NCBI GenBank assembly: GCA_963736125.1
Contig: CAVTNQ010000005.1
Coordinates: 192,218-256,217, forward strand
Direction of reading: 5' to 3'
DNA: 64,000 bases
From: Candidatus Latescibacterota bacterium
Lineage (GTDB): Bacteria > Krumholzibacteriota > Krumholzibacteriia > WVZY01 > JAKEHA01
A model generated the notes under the pieces. It did not search any database. It was not told the origin of the DNA and saw only the letters and a program-made list of their open reading frames with translations. Shown piece after piece: positions 46,261-55,782 of the stretch (position 1 is the first letter of the stretch; every line of letters starts with the position of its first letter). Made by a program: the position numbers and the translations under genes.

Positions 46261-47055
46261 ATGGATTTTGGACTACAGGGCCGTGCCGCGGCCGTCGCGG
46301 CGTCGAGCCAGGGCTTGGGATTCGCCTGCGCGCTCGAACTCGCGCGCGAAGGAGCGTCGGTGGCAATTTGTTCGCGCGATCGCACTCGCGTGGACGACGC
46401 GGCACGCCGCATCCGCGACCTCGTGCGCGACGCCAAGGTGCACGCCGTCGTGGCCGACTTGTCGAAAGAGGCGGATTGCAAGCGCTTCGTCGACGAGACC
46501 GCGCAAGCGTTCGGGCGCCTCGACATCATCGTCACCAATTCGGGTGGGCCGACGCCGGGCGCCTTCGACCAAGTCTCGCTCGCCGACATCCGCCGCGGTG
46601 TCGACACGACTCTCATGAGCTCGATCGCGCTCATGACCGCCGCGGTCCCGCACTTGCGCGAGAATCGGTGGGGACGAATCGTCAACATTCTTTCAGTGAC
46701 CGTGAAGCAGCCCAAGACGTCGTTGCTCGTTTCCAACACCATGCGCCCCGGCGTCCTCGGATTCGCAAAGTCGATCTCGATCGAGCTTGCGAAGGACGGC
46801 ATCACCGTCAACAACGTCGCGCCCGGCTACACGCGCACGGAACGACTGGACGAATTGGCGCAGCATCTGTCGTCGACGCAGAAGCGCTCGCAGGAAGACG
46901 TGGTCGCGGAGTGGGAGAAGACGATTCCGGCGGGGCGACTCGGGCGCTCCGAAGAATTGGCCGCGGTGGTGGCGTTCTTGTGCTCGGAGCGCGCGAGCTA
47001 CGTCACCGGTGTGACGATTCAAGTCGACGGCGGGCAGGTGCAGAGTCTGTTGTAG
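46261..47055 (+). CDS. SDR-family oxidoreductase.
   Basis: AAVAASSQGLGFA resembles TGxxxGIG. NSGG and the Y-x3-K catalytic pattern are present. Confidence 0.85.
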   Translation: MDFGLQGRAAAVAASSQGLGFACALELAREGASVAICSRDRTRVDDAARRIRDLVRDAKVHAVVADLSKEADCKRFVDETAQAFGRLDIIVTNSGGPTPGAFDQVSLADIRRGVDTTLMSSIALMTAAVPHLRENRWGRIVNILSVTVKQPKTSLLVSNTMRPGVLGFAKSISIELAKDGITVNNVAPGYTRTERLDELAQHLSSTQKRSQEDVVAEWEKTIPAGRLGRSEELAAVVAFLCSERASYVTGVTIQVDGGQVQSLL

Positions 47056-47057
47056 GG

Positions 47058-47966
47058 CTACGAATTCTGGGCTGGATAGACGCCGGTGATGTTGCTGCGG
47101 TCTTTCTGGCTCTGGAGTTTGCGGATGGTCGCGCGCATCCATTCGGCTTGTTCGGTGTGACGAATCGCGGCACCCACGTTCTCAGCGAACACTTGCAGCG
47201 CGCGCAGGTCGTCGTCTTCGAAGTTGATCTCGGGAGTGCGTGTGCTCACGTTGATCACACCCACCAGCTCTTCGCGCAGAATGACGGGGACGATCATGGC
47301 GGCCGTCAAGTCCCGATTCTTTAGCTCGAGCCCGGGAATGCTTGTCTTCTGATCGGCGCGCAGAATGAGCGGTTCGCGGCGCTGTGCCACGAAGCCGGCC
47401 ACACCCTTGCCGAGCGGTTGACGCGTCCCCAAGATTCCTTCGGGCACCATCTTGCCGCTCACCGCGCGCACCACCAACGACGTGCTCTCGCGGTCGAACA
47501 GCATCAACGACGCCTGATCGCACGCGAATGCGTCGACGCAAATCTTGGTGATGGAATCGAAGACGGTCTGCAGGTCGTTTTGTTCGACCATGACGCGGCT
47601 CACGTTCAAGAGCGCGTAGGTGCGGGCCGCCTGCCGTTGCATGCGTTCGCGCTCGCTGCGCTGAATCGCCTCGAACTGGCGACGAAGCACCGCGAGGTAG
47701 CGGCGCTGGTGCGCGAGTCCGACCAAGAGAATCAACGCGAGCGTCAACCCCGCGATCACCAGCATCTGCGGCTTCGAGAAGAGCCAGATCTGCGCGAAGC
47801 GGTCGCTCAAGACCGGGGGCAACACCGACACCAGGCTGACCAGCGTCAACAGCACGACGGTTCCGATCAGGAACCAGTTCGTGTAGGCGCTCTGGTGGAT
47901 CCTCGCCTCCACCTGCTGTTGGCGGGCGTCGGGTTGCGACTTCGCAGACCGGTTCGTTGGGGTCAT
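47058..47966 (-). CDS. Membrane-anchored GAF-domain protein.
   Basis: Two N-terminal TM helices are followed by a GAF domain (ICVDAFACDQASLMLFD...GVINVSTR). Confidence 0.6.
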   Translation of the reverse strand: MTPTNRSAKSQPDARQQQVEARIHQSAYTNWFLIGTVVLLTLVSLVSVLPPVLSDRFAQIWLFSKPQMLVIAGLTLALILLVGLAHQRRYLAVLRRQFEAIQRSERERMQRQAARTYALLNVSRVMVEQNDLQTVFDSITKICVDAFACDQASLMLFDRESTSLVVRAVSGKMVPEGILGTRQPLGKGVAGFVAQRREPLILRADQKTSIPGLELKNRDLTAAMIVPVILREELVGVINVSTRTPEINFEDDDLRALQVFAENVGAAIRHTEQAEWMRATIRKLQSQKDRSNITGVYPAQNS

Positions 47967-48150
47967 GGTCGGGGTCCTCACCCCTCGTGCGGCCCGACAA
48001 ACCGCGGGCCTGCGTATGGGATTCGGAGCCATGAAGGCAAGTAGCATGCCACGGGCGAAAAGGGGCGGCATCACGCGGAATTCCCGGGGTCGATCGGCTG
48101 CGTTGCGTTGCAGAAAGGAAGGACCGGTTGCAGAGGGCGAAGGCGCCGAA

Positions 48151-49158
48151 TCAGACGTTGGGACGGTAGCTTCCTTCGAGCATCGAACGGAAGGCTCGCA
48201 GCGACGTCCGCGCCGTGATGGTGTAGCGCGAGATCTCGAGCGGCGTCGAGCTGCTTCCTGCAGCCATCGTCGCGCGCGCATTGGGACGCGCGTGCAGCGT
48301 GCACGTGCCCGTGAACCCGGCCTCCTGGGCGATACGATCGAGCTCCGGTGTCGCGGCGCCATAAGGCCAGGCCAAAAACGACGGCGCCCGCCCGATGTAG
48401 TGTTCGATCTCGGAGCGCGACCGCTCGAAGTCGCTGCGCACGGCCTGCTCCCAATCGACGTAACCGCCGAGCTTGAATCCGTGCTCGCTGGCCGCGACGA
48501 ACACGGCCCGCTGCGCGCCGTCGGAGTCCACCTTGTAATGCATGTCGTGCGTGTGCGACTCGATGCGGAACACGCCGCTCTCCTCGAGCTCGCGAAGGCG
48601 ATCCCAATCGAGGCACTGCACGTTGTCCCAGCGCGTGCCCACCTTCGACGTCACCACGAACAACGACGCGCGAAATCCCATGCGCGAAAGAATCGGGAGG
48701 GCCAAGTCGTAGGCGCTTTCTTCGCCGTCGTCGAATGTGATGACAATCGGTTTGGTCGGGAGTTCGCGTTGTCCCATTTGCCATTCGTACAATTCGTCGA
48801 GCGTCACGGAGTGGTATCCCTGTGCCTTGAGATACTCCATCTGCCGCTCGAACTCGGTGACACTCGTGGTCCACAGTTCGTTTTCGTTCAGCAGCGGGAG
48901 ACTCAAGACGACGTAGCCGAAGACGCGCACGAGTCGCAGCGGGTCGGATTTGTCGCGCAGGTAGTGGTAGCAGAGCACGGGCACGCCGGCCGCGGAACGC
49001 TGGTCGGCCAGGACACCGGCGGGCGCGGGTTCGTCGATGCGAACGGTCCCCGTCGAATCGAAACCGCGCGACACCACCAGGCCCATGCCGGCGACGAACG
49101 CCGTCGCCGCGACGGCGGTAATGAGCAACCCGATCGCGAAGTCTCGCCGTGTCATCAT
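48151..49158 (-). CDS. Polysaccharide deacetylase (NodB-homology; IcaB/PgaB-N-like).
   Basis: VITFDDGEES (motif 1 DD) ...HTHDMH... are present. An N-terminal TM is predicted. Confidence 0.85.
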   Translation of the reverse strand: MMTRRDFAIGLLITAVAATAFVAGMGLVVSRGFDSTGTVRIDEPAPAGVLADQRSAAGVPVLCYHYLRDKSDPLRLVRVFGYVVLSLPLLNENELWTTSVTEFERQMEYLKAQGYHSVTLDELYEWQMGQRELPTKPIVITFDDGEESAYDLALPILSRMGFRASLFVVTSKVGTRWDNVQCLDWDRLRELEESGVFRIESHTHDMHYKVDSDGAQRAVFVAASEHGFKLGGYVDWEQAVRSDFERSRSEIEHYIGRAPSFLAWPYGAATPELDRIAQEAGFTGTCTLHARPNARATMAAGSSSTPLEISRYTITARTSLRAFRSMLEGSYRPNV

Positions 49159-49165
49159 AGAGAGG

Positions 49166-50779
49166 TTACCAGAACAGATAGCCCAGCGTGACGTAGAAGC
49201 CGTCGATCTCGTAGCCGGGACGCGCGTCGAGGCGCGAGTTCGCGTTGGTGTATCCGGCCGTGAGGGCGAGGCCGCGGTAGATGTCCCACGACGCCGACAC
49301 TTCGACGCGGCCGGTCAGGAACCAATCGTCGAAGTTTTCCTTGTCGAGCGACATGCGCCCCGCAATGCGCCCGCGCACGCGCGGCGAGAACGTCATCTTG
49401 AGCGCGACCTCTTCGTAGAAACTCAAGTACTGCTGCGGGTCGTAGTAGCCGTGGTCGTTGGTGTTCTTGAAACCGTAGTACGCGAATCCCGTCGACGAGC
49501 TGAAGCGGTGATTGAGTTTCACCGGCATGCGCCACAACGGTTCCCACAGCGCGCGCGTCCCCAACCCGAAGGAGCTGTTGCCGTCGTTGTACCACGCCGC
49601 CTCCATCGAGGAGATCCAAATCAGGTTCGAGCGGAGGTGTTGGTCGATGCCGGCCGCGAGCTCGGTGCGCGCGATGCCGCGAAAGATGGCGTCCGGGTTG
49701 TCGACGGGACCGCGGTTCAAGCCCACGTCGATGCGCGTCCAGTCGCGCGGCGTGAGGGTCGCGTAGACGTCGTACGTGAACAGGTTGAACTCGTCGAGCC
49801 AATAGCTCTCGGGTCCGAGCGCCGAGCGATCGTACGAGTTCAATTGGTAGCCGACGTTCGCGTTGAGCGCGAGCGTCGTCGAGAGCCGTCGCTCGAGCAC
49901 CGCGCCGAACCAGTTGCGCGACACGTCGGGGCGTCCGGGTTGATCGAAGTGCGCGTGTCCGTAGTACGCGCTCAAGCGCGTCAGCAGATCGAACGAGTAT
50001 CCCGCGCGAATCGTATTGTAGCGACGATGGATGTCGTCGCTGTCGTGGTTCTGCTCGTAGGAGTACGTGACCCCGGGGGCGCTCTCACGTTCGATGTCGG
50101 TCTTGAGGTTGTCGAGCACCGGCGCAGGCGACGAATCCGCCCGTGCGACTGCCGAATCCGGGCGACCCATCCAGCGCAGCGCTTGCATCAAGCCGGCCTG
50201 CGCGTCCACGTTGTCCGGGCTGTCGGCGAGAATCGCGCGATACTGCGCGGCGGCCTTGCGATGGCGACCGGACCAGTTGATGACTTGCGCCTTGCCCAGG
50301 CGCGCGGCGAGGTTGGTCGAGTCGGCGGCGAGGACTTGGTCGTACAGGCGTTCCGCGCCGTCCACGTCGTCGCGCCAACTCGTCAAGCGCGCGGCGCCGA
50401 TGATCGCGTCGGCGTCGTTGGGGTGATGGGCGAGGTGCTGCTTGTACCACGTCATCGCGGAGTCCGGTTTGTCCGCCCACGTGTACTGATTTCCCAATTC
50501 GACGCCGATGTCGTCGCCGAGCGGCGGATACAACTTGATGGCGCGCTTGTAGAGTCGAATCGCGTCGGCGTGGCGGTCGGCGGCCGCGGCTGCGCGCGCG
50601 CTGTCCAAGACCGCGAGTGCCCGCGGCATGTCGGGGGCGAGTACGGGATCCGGCATGGCGACGCGCGTCGTGTCGGTCGCCGGCGCGGCGTGCGCCGACC
50701 GCGACTTCGCGACACCGCCGTGTGCGCTCGCGACCAACATCGTCGCGCACACGAGCGCGCACGCGACGGCGCGACTCAC
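49166..50779 (-). CDS. PgaA-like exopolysaccharide export protein (TPR repeats plus a C-terminal beta-barrel porin).
   Basis: A signal peptide is present. TPR-like helices (AIRLYKRAIKLYP...) are followed by a barrel ending GFYVTLGYLFW. Confidence 0.7.
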   Translation of the reverse strand: MSRAVACALVCATMLVASAHGGVAKSRSAHAAPATDTTRVAMPDPVLAPDMPRALAVLDSARAAAAADRHADAIRLYKRAIKLYPPLGDDIGVELGNQYTWADKPDSAMTWYKQHLAHHPNDADAIIGAARLTSWRDDVDGAERLYDQVLAADSTNLAARLGKAQVINWSGRHRKAAAQYRAILADSPDNVDAQAGLMQALRWMGRPDSAVARADSSPAPVLDNLKTDIERESAPGVTYSYEQNHDSDDIHRRYNTIRAGYSFDLLTRLSAYYGHAHFDQPGRPDVSRNWFGAVLERRLSTTLALNANVGYQLNSYDRSALGPESYWLDEFNLFTYDVYATLTPRDWTRIDVGLNRGPVDNPDAIFRGIARTELAAGIDQHLRSNLIWISSMEAAWYNDGNSSFGLGTRALWEPLWRMPVKLNHRFSSSTGFAYYGFKNTNDHGYYDPQQYLSFYEEVALKMTFSPRVRGRIAGRMSLDKENFDDWFLTGRVEVSASWDIYRGLALTAGYTNANSRLDARPGYEIDGFYVTLGYLFW

Positions 50780-52047
50780 AGCACCTCACCGCCTCGAATC
50801 GGCTTCCAACGCACCGGCACCCGCTTCGGTCTCTGCATCATGGCACCCGGCGTCGAGGACGACGTCACGATGGCCATGATGATCCAGTAGATCAGCGGAT
50901 AGAACACGGCCGTGAAGTAGTAGAGCGGGATGCGCTTGTCGTAGCGACGATCGAGCAGCACGCCGGTCAAGAGTTGGATCAGGCACATCGTGCCGATCAA
51001 CATACCCCACCAGTTCGGGATGGGCGAGGCACCGATGGGCGGATAGCCGACCGCATAGCAGAAGATCCACAGCGACGTGAGGATGATGAAGCAATACGCC
51101 CACGCGATCGACAGCCACGACTCGATCAAGAGCGGCCACAGGCGCCGGCGCTGCCACGTCGTCGCTTCGCCGCCGTGGCGTCGAAGCACCTGTCCCAAGC
51201 CGCGCGCCCAGCGGCGGCGCTGGCGCCACAAGCCGCCGAACGTCGACGGCACGCGCATCCACACCACCGCGCGCGGCTCGTAGCGAATGTCCCAGAAGCG
51301 AAGCTGCAACTTCCACGAGAGGTCGATGTCTTCGGTGGCCATATCGGGGCTGTAGAAGCCGACGTCGACCAGTGCCGTGCGATGAAACGCGCCCACCACA
51401 CCGCTCATGGTGAGAATGCGGCCCCACACGCGCTGCGCGCGACGCTGCAGCGAAATGATGGCGGTGAACTCGATCGCCTGCAGCTTGCTCAAGATCGTGT
51501 CGCGGTTGATCACGCGCGGGTTGCCGGTGACCGCCCCCACACGCGGATACTTGAAGTGCGGCACCATGTGCTGAAGGATCAGCGGATCGGGGATGGCGTC
51601 CGCGTCCATGATCAGTATGATCTCGCCGCTCGTGCAGCGCAGACCGTCGTTCAACGCCATCGCCTTGCCTTCGTTGACGAGCTTGCGCACGAAGCGAACC
51701 TTGCCTTGCCGAACGAACGGCATCACCTTGGCCGCGGTGTCGTCGGCGCTGCCGTCGTCGATGACGACGACTTCGTAGTCGGGATAGTCGATCTCGAGGA
51801 TGCCGCGGATCGTCGCCTCGATGTGGTTCGACTCGTTGAACGCGGCCACCACCACCGAGCACTTGGGCGTGAACTTGGGGTCGACCTCGGGCTTGTTGGT
51901 GGGGCGCTCGCGGCGGAAGTGATACAGCATCGCGACCAGTACCAGCGTGCCGCTCGAGATGAGCGGATACCATGCGAAGAACGACAGCAGCGCTAGGTAG
52001 ACGACGTTGGACTCGATCGCGTCGAGAATGGCGATGATGTCGATCAT
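50776..52047 (-). CDS. Family-2 glycosyltransferase, PgaC/IcaA-like poly-beta-1,6-GlcNAc synthase.
   Basis: VVVAAFNE...VVVIDDGSADDT...IMDADA (DxD)...QRRRWARG (QxxRW). The start is at MIDIIAIL, not the upstream track ATG. Confidence 0.85.
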   Translation of the reverse strand: MIDIIAILDAIESNVVYLALLSFFAWYPLISSGTLVLVAMLYHFRRERPTNKPEVDPKFTPKCSVVVAAFNESNHIEATIRGILEIDYPDYEVVVIDDGSADDTAAKVMPFVRQGKVRFVRKLVNEGKAMALNDGLRCTSGEIILIMDADAIPDPLILQHMVPHFKYPRVGAVTGNPRVINRDTILSKLQAIEFTAIISLQRRAQRVWGRILTMSGVVGAFHRTALVDVGFYSPDMATEDIDLSWKLQLRFWDIRYEPRAVVWMRVPSTFGGLWRQRRRWARGLGQVLRRHGGEATTWQRRRLWPLLIESWLSIAWAYCFIILTSLWIFCYAVGYPPIGASPIPNWWGMLIGTMCLIQLLTGVLLDRRYDKRIPLYYFTAVFYPLIYWIIMAIVTSSSTPGAMMQRPKRVPVRWKPIRGGEVL

Positions 52048-52436
52048 CGGGTGTCCGGCTCCAGCTCGGAGATGCGCAGGAGCTTGTGCTTGACCGCATG
52101 CTCGCCGTCCGCGATTTCGACCACGTGCACTTCGATGTAGCGCGCAGAGCGCAGCGTCTCTTCGCTTTGCGCGATGAAGGCGCGACCCAGGAAATCTTCG
52201 AGGGGCGGTTCGGCCGTGGTCTGGCGCGTGCGGCGGTTGCCGAAGCGCGCGATGCGAACATTGTGGACGATCCAGAGGGCATCGACGATCGTGATGACGG
52301 CCACGATCGCGCCCACGATCATGAGCGCGCGTTTGGTTTCGTCGGTCACGGGCTGCTGCATGACCAGGTACCAGTAGTACCCGAACACCAGCCACAAGAG
52401 CGCGCCGAGCAGAATATGAAGAGTCGTACGAATCAT
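52044..52436 (-). CDS. PgaD-like small two-TM membrane protein.
   Basis: ILLGALLWLVFGYYWYLV is comparable with the PgaD TM hairpin. Its stop overlaps the pgaC-like start (ATGA). The start is uncertain (52436 or 52508). Confidence 0.45.
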   Translation of the reverse strand: MIRTTLHILLGALLWLVFGYYWYLVMQQPVTDETKRALMIVGAIVAVITIVDALWIVHNVRIARFGNRRTRQTTAEPPLEDFLGRAFIAQSEETLRSARYIEVHVVEIADGEHAVKHKLLRISELEPDTR

Positions 52437-52684
52437 CGAGGAGCGACTACCGGCCAAAGGATGAATAGCGTTAAGTAGAACTGCAATGCCCATGCCCCGG
52501 GCGAACACGGGGCCGGAGGGGACGGTTGGGAGGGAGACTACCCGATCGCGGTGCGATGCGTGGGGACCTTGACCCGTCGTCCGCGACGGTGCGCCAAGTT
52601 TCCCCCCACGGAGGTTCAGGGCGGCGGCGGCGAATGGACGCGCAGGGCGCGGAGTGCCTCGTGGTGGCGCGGAATCGACGAGCG

Positions 52685-54004
52685 CTACTTCAACAGCACC
52701 ATCTTCCGCGTGCGTGACTCGCCGCCCGCGTTCAATCTATATAGGTAGATTCCGGAGCTGACGACGCGGCCCGCGTCGTCGCGGCCGTCCCACGTCGCGG
52801 AGCCCGCGCCGGCGTCGCGCGTATCGTCGAAGAGGGTGCGCACGAGTGCGCCGCGCACGTCGTAGATGCGGAGCGTCGCGTGCCCGCGCGACACCAGCTC
52901 GAATTGAATCATTGTCGACGGATTGAACGGATTGGGGAAGTTGGGAGAGAGCATCAACGCGGTCGGCGTGGTCGGCTGCGCGCCCGTTTTCGTGTTAGAA
53001 AGATTCCGCAGCGCCCACACGTCGTTTTTCACCACACCGTCGTTGCCGCCGAAGACGATCATGCGATCGTGGGCGCCGTCGTAGATGCCGGCGGAGCCGA
53101 AGCGCGCCGTCGGCGGCGTTCCGGTCGGCGAGAGTTGCGTCCACGCATTCGTCCATAGATCGAATACCCAGACATCGTTGACGGGTGTGAGCAAGGTCTG
53201 TCCGCCGAAAACGGTCGCGCGATGGTTGGCGGCGTCGTACACCATGGACGCGAAGTAGCGACCGCTCGGTTTCGACGCCGGCGTGAGATTGGTCCATGTG
53301 TCGGTGTCGAGGTCGAGCGCCCACACGTCGTCGAGGGGCCCAAAGTTATTCTGCCCCGCGTACATGATCATGCGGTGACGAAGCGCGTCGTAGCACGCGG
53401 CGTGCAGGCAGCGCTCGCCGGGTCCCGTCGCGGGCGAGACGTCGGTCCACGTTTCCGCTTGGTCGTTGAAGCGCCACACGTCGTGGAAGCGGCCGAGGTT
53501 GGTGAAGCCGGCGAACGTCACCAAGTCGCGCGCTTTCGGATCGAAGGTGTAGCCCACACCGTAACGAATGTTGGGCGGCCCGCCGGTCGGCGTGAATTGC
53601 GACCACGCGTTCGCATTCAAATCGAACGACCACACATCGTTGAAGAACACTCCCTGCGCCTGCCCCGACCACGTGATCATCTGGCGGCCGAAAGGGTCGT
53701 AGATGCTGGCGGGGAACAGGCGCGGCGCGGGCACGGGTGGGCCGGCCGCCGGAGTCAAATTGACCCACGTATTGGTGTCGAGATCGAAGCCCCAGACGTC
53801 GTTCAAGACATTCGCAGCCGTCCCGGTGGTCCCGCCGAAGATCACTATTCGATTTTCGACCGGGTCCAAGATCGCAGAGGCGTTGCGACGCGCGGACGGG
53901 GCCGGGCCGGACGCCGGCGTCAGATTGACCCACGACTGCGCGAACGCGGGTTCCGCGGACGTGAACAGAGCAACACACACCGGCAGGGCGATTCGGCGAA
54001 GCAT
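52685..54004 (-). CDS. Secreted Kelch-repeat beta-propeller protein with a T9SS C-terminal sorting domain.
   Basis: A signal peptide is present. There are about 6 Kelch blades (WxxL..P.....R..H..). The C-terminal about 85 aa are NFPNPFNPSTMIQF...LRIYDVRGALVRTL...WDGRDDAGRVVSSGIYLYRL...KMVLLK (Por_Secre_tail). Confidence 0.75.
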   Translation of the reverse strand: MLRRIALPVCVALFTSAEPAFAQSWVNLTPASGPAPSARRNASAILDPVENRIVIFGGTTGTAANVLNDVWGFDLDTNTWVNLTPAAGPPVPAPRLFPASIYDPFGRQMITWSGQAQGVFFNDVWSFDLNANAWSQFTPTGGPPNIRYGVGYTFDPKARDLVTFAGFTNLGRFHDVWRFNDQAETWTDVSPATGPGERCLHAACYDALRHRMIMYAGQNNFGPLDDVWALDLDTDTWTNLTPASKPSGRYFASMVYDAANHRATVFGGQTLLTPVNDVWVFDLWTNAWTQLSPTGTPPTARFGSAGIYDGAHDRMIVFGGNDGVVKNDVWALRNLSNTKTGAQPTTPTALMLSPNFPNPFNPSTMIQFELVSRGHATLRIYDVRGALVRTLFDDTRDAGAGSATWDGRDDAGRVVSSGIYLYRLNAGGESRTRKMVLLK

Positions 54005-54089
54005 GATGGCCTCCAGCGACGGGGTCGTTGCAATGCGAGGGGCAAAAATTCTACGGACCCAACACGGCGATTGGATCAGGAAAGATGCG

Positions 54090-54662
54090 CTACTGCATCC
54101 GCCGCAAGCGGACCGGATCGCTGAACGCCTCGGTGCTCTTGGCGTACTTGCGCACGAGACTTTGGAGATCTTTCGTGGGCGCGGTGAGAAGGACGGCCCC
54201 GTCGAGGGGCACGTGGTCGATCGACACCTTCTTCTGGTCGATCATCGTCTCCAGCCATTCCGCGTCGAAATCGGCGACCCACAGTGTGTCGACATCACGA
54301 TGGAGTCTTAGAATGTTGTGCACGCGCAGAAGGTGGTCCTTGTAGAAGCCGTTCTCGCTCTGCGGCTCTTCGGGATAAATGTCGAGGAAGTTCTGTCCGC
54401 CGAGCTCGACCAGGAACGCTTCGAAACGTCCCTGCGCGCCGCTCTCGTCGCACAGGAGTGCGTACGTGCCTTGCGCCGTGTCGACCAACGTGAACACGAA
54501 CTCTTCGTCGTCTTCGGCCACCCACGTCCCGACCAGGTCGGCGTCGTATGTGACAATGTCGTCGGTGACGAGCGTGTTGAGCGATTGGACGTAACAGCCG
54601 GCGAGCGCCAGGCACACCGCCGAAGCGGCCAGAGCAATTCGTAATCGTGGAGACGCGGACAT
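54090..54662 (-). CDS. Hypothetical lipoprotein.
   Basis: Start MSASPRLRIALAASAVCLALAGC (lipobox). 190 aa. Confidence 0.5.
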   Translation of the reverse strand: MSASPRLRIALAASAVCLALAGCYVQSLNTLVTDDIVTYDADLVGTWVAEDDEEFVFTLVDTAQGTYALLCDESGAQGRFEAFLVELGGQNFLDIYPEEPQSENGFYKDHLLRVHNILRLHRDVDTLWVADFDAEWLETMIDQKKVSIDHVPLDGAVLLTAPTKDLQSLVRKYAKSTEAFSDPVRLRRMQ

Positions 54663-54715
54663 AGCGGTACAACCGCCGTCAATCGTAGCGCGTTCTATCT
54701 CGGTCGTGCAAGAGC

Positions 54716-55691
54716 CTAATGGTGTTGTTCGCCCCACATCTTCTCGCCCGCCTCGACGCGCATCGGAAGAACGTTGGTGCGGGTGGGAAGCGGGCACGTC
54801 GCGTACGGCGTGAACACGCAGGGCGGATTGTACGACTTGTTGAAGTCGATGACCGTGTTGCCGTCGGCGTCGGCGTCGGGAATGTAGACGAAGCGGCCGC
54901 CGCCGTAGGTGTCGTGTCCGTTGGTGGCGTCGCCGTACACGATCCACAGCTCGTCTCCCTCTTGCGACATGGGCTCGAGACGTACTCCGTGTCGTTGATC
55001 TTGAACGTCAGCACACCGGGGCATTGGGAGATTTCATCGAAGCCGAGCACGTTGGGAACGGTCATCTTCTTGGGCGGGTCGTAGCGATCGAGGTGCGCGG
55101 GCACCCGCCACGCGCGCGTCACCTTGAAGCGATCGATGCCCTTGAAGTTCTCGCGCACCGGGCTGGCGGAATCTTTGACGCGAAGATAGAGACTTCCCGG
55201 GGCGATCGATGGCGTAGAAGCGAATCGTGCCGAGGGTGATCAGCGTCGGGTCGGCGCCGTCCTTGTCGGTCGCGAGTGCGATCTGGTCGACGGGTGTCGC
55301 CGTCCATCGTGAGTCCCGCGCCGGGTTCGCCTTCGAGTCGCACGGCGCCGTTCTCCACCACGACGGCGCCCGCGTGCGCGGGAGCGCTCTTCGGAAATAC
55401 GCACTCGTTGTCCCCGGCCGACCCGAAGGTGTGACGCCCTTCGGAAAGCGGAAACAGGCCGACGAGCGTCAGCCATCCGTCTTCTTTCTCCAAGCGCTCG
55501 ATGCGTTTGCGATACCACTCATCGACGTCGCGACGGTGCTCGTCCGAACTCATCGCCATTCCGGCTCCTCCCGCGCTCGCACCGCCGGCGCCCACACTCA
55601 CGCCGCCTCCGCCCACCGCGCCGCCCACGCTGACCGACCCGCCGCAAGCAAGGGCGGCCGCGATCGCTATGACCCCGATTGTGGCAACCAT
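54716..55691 (-). pseudogene. DUF1684-family lipoprotein gene interrupted by two frameshifts.
   Basis: The homologous reading continues across three frames. Frame 1 runs from MVATIGVIAIAAALACGG to LTMDGD. A 1-nt shift follows near 55290. Frame 2 covers PVDQIALATDKDG...TFKINDTEY. A second 1-nt shift follows near 54975. Frame 3 covers RLEPMSQEGDELWIVYGDATNGHD. Confidence 0.55.
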
Positions 55692-55782
55692 CTTCCACGC
55701 ATGACGCACAGCACTTCCTCCTGTTAGTAGGCGCGAGAGCCACGATGATGCGGACCCGCGCAGGCGAAAGTCAAGGGGGGCG

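Noticed and set aside
49037-52282. Several long plus- and minus-strand ORFs (49037-50890, 50617-51996, 50786-52282, 50085-50789)
   Set aside because: They are alternative-frame or antisense readings of the pgaA-like and pgaC-like genes. The real genes show the TPR/barrel and GT2 DxD/QxxRW motifs.
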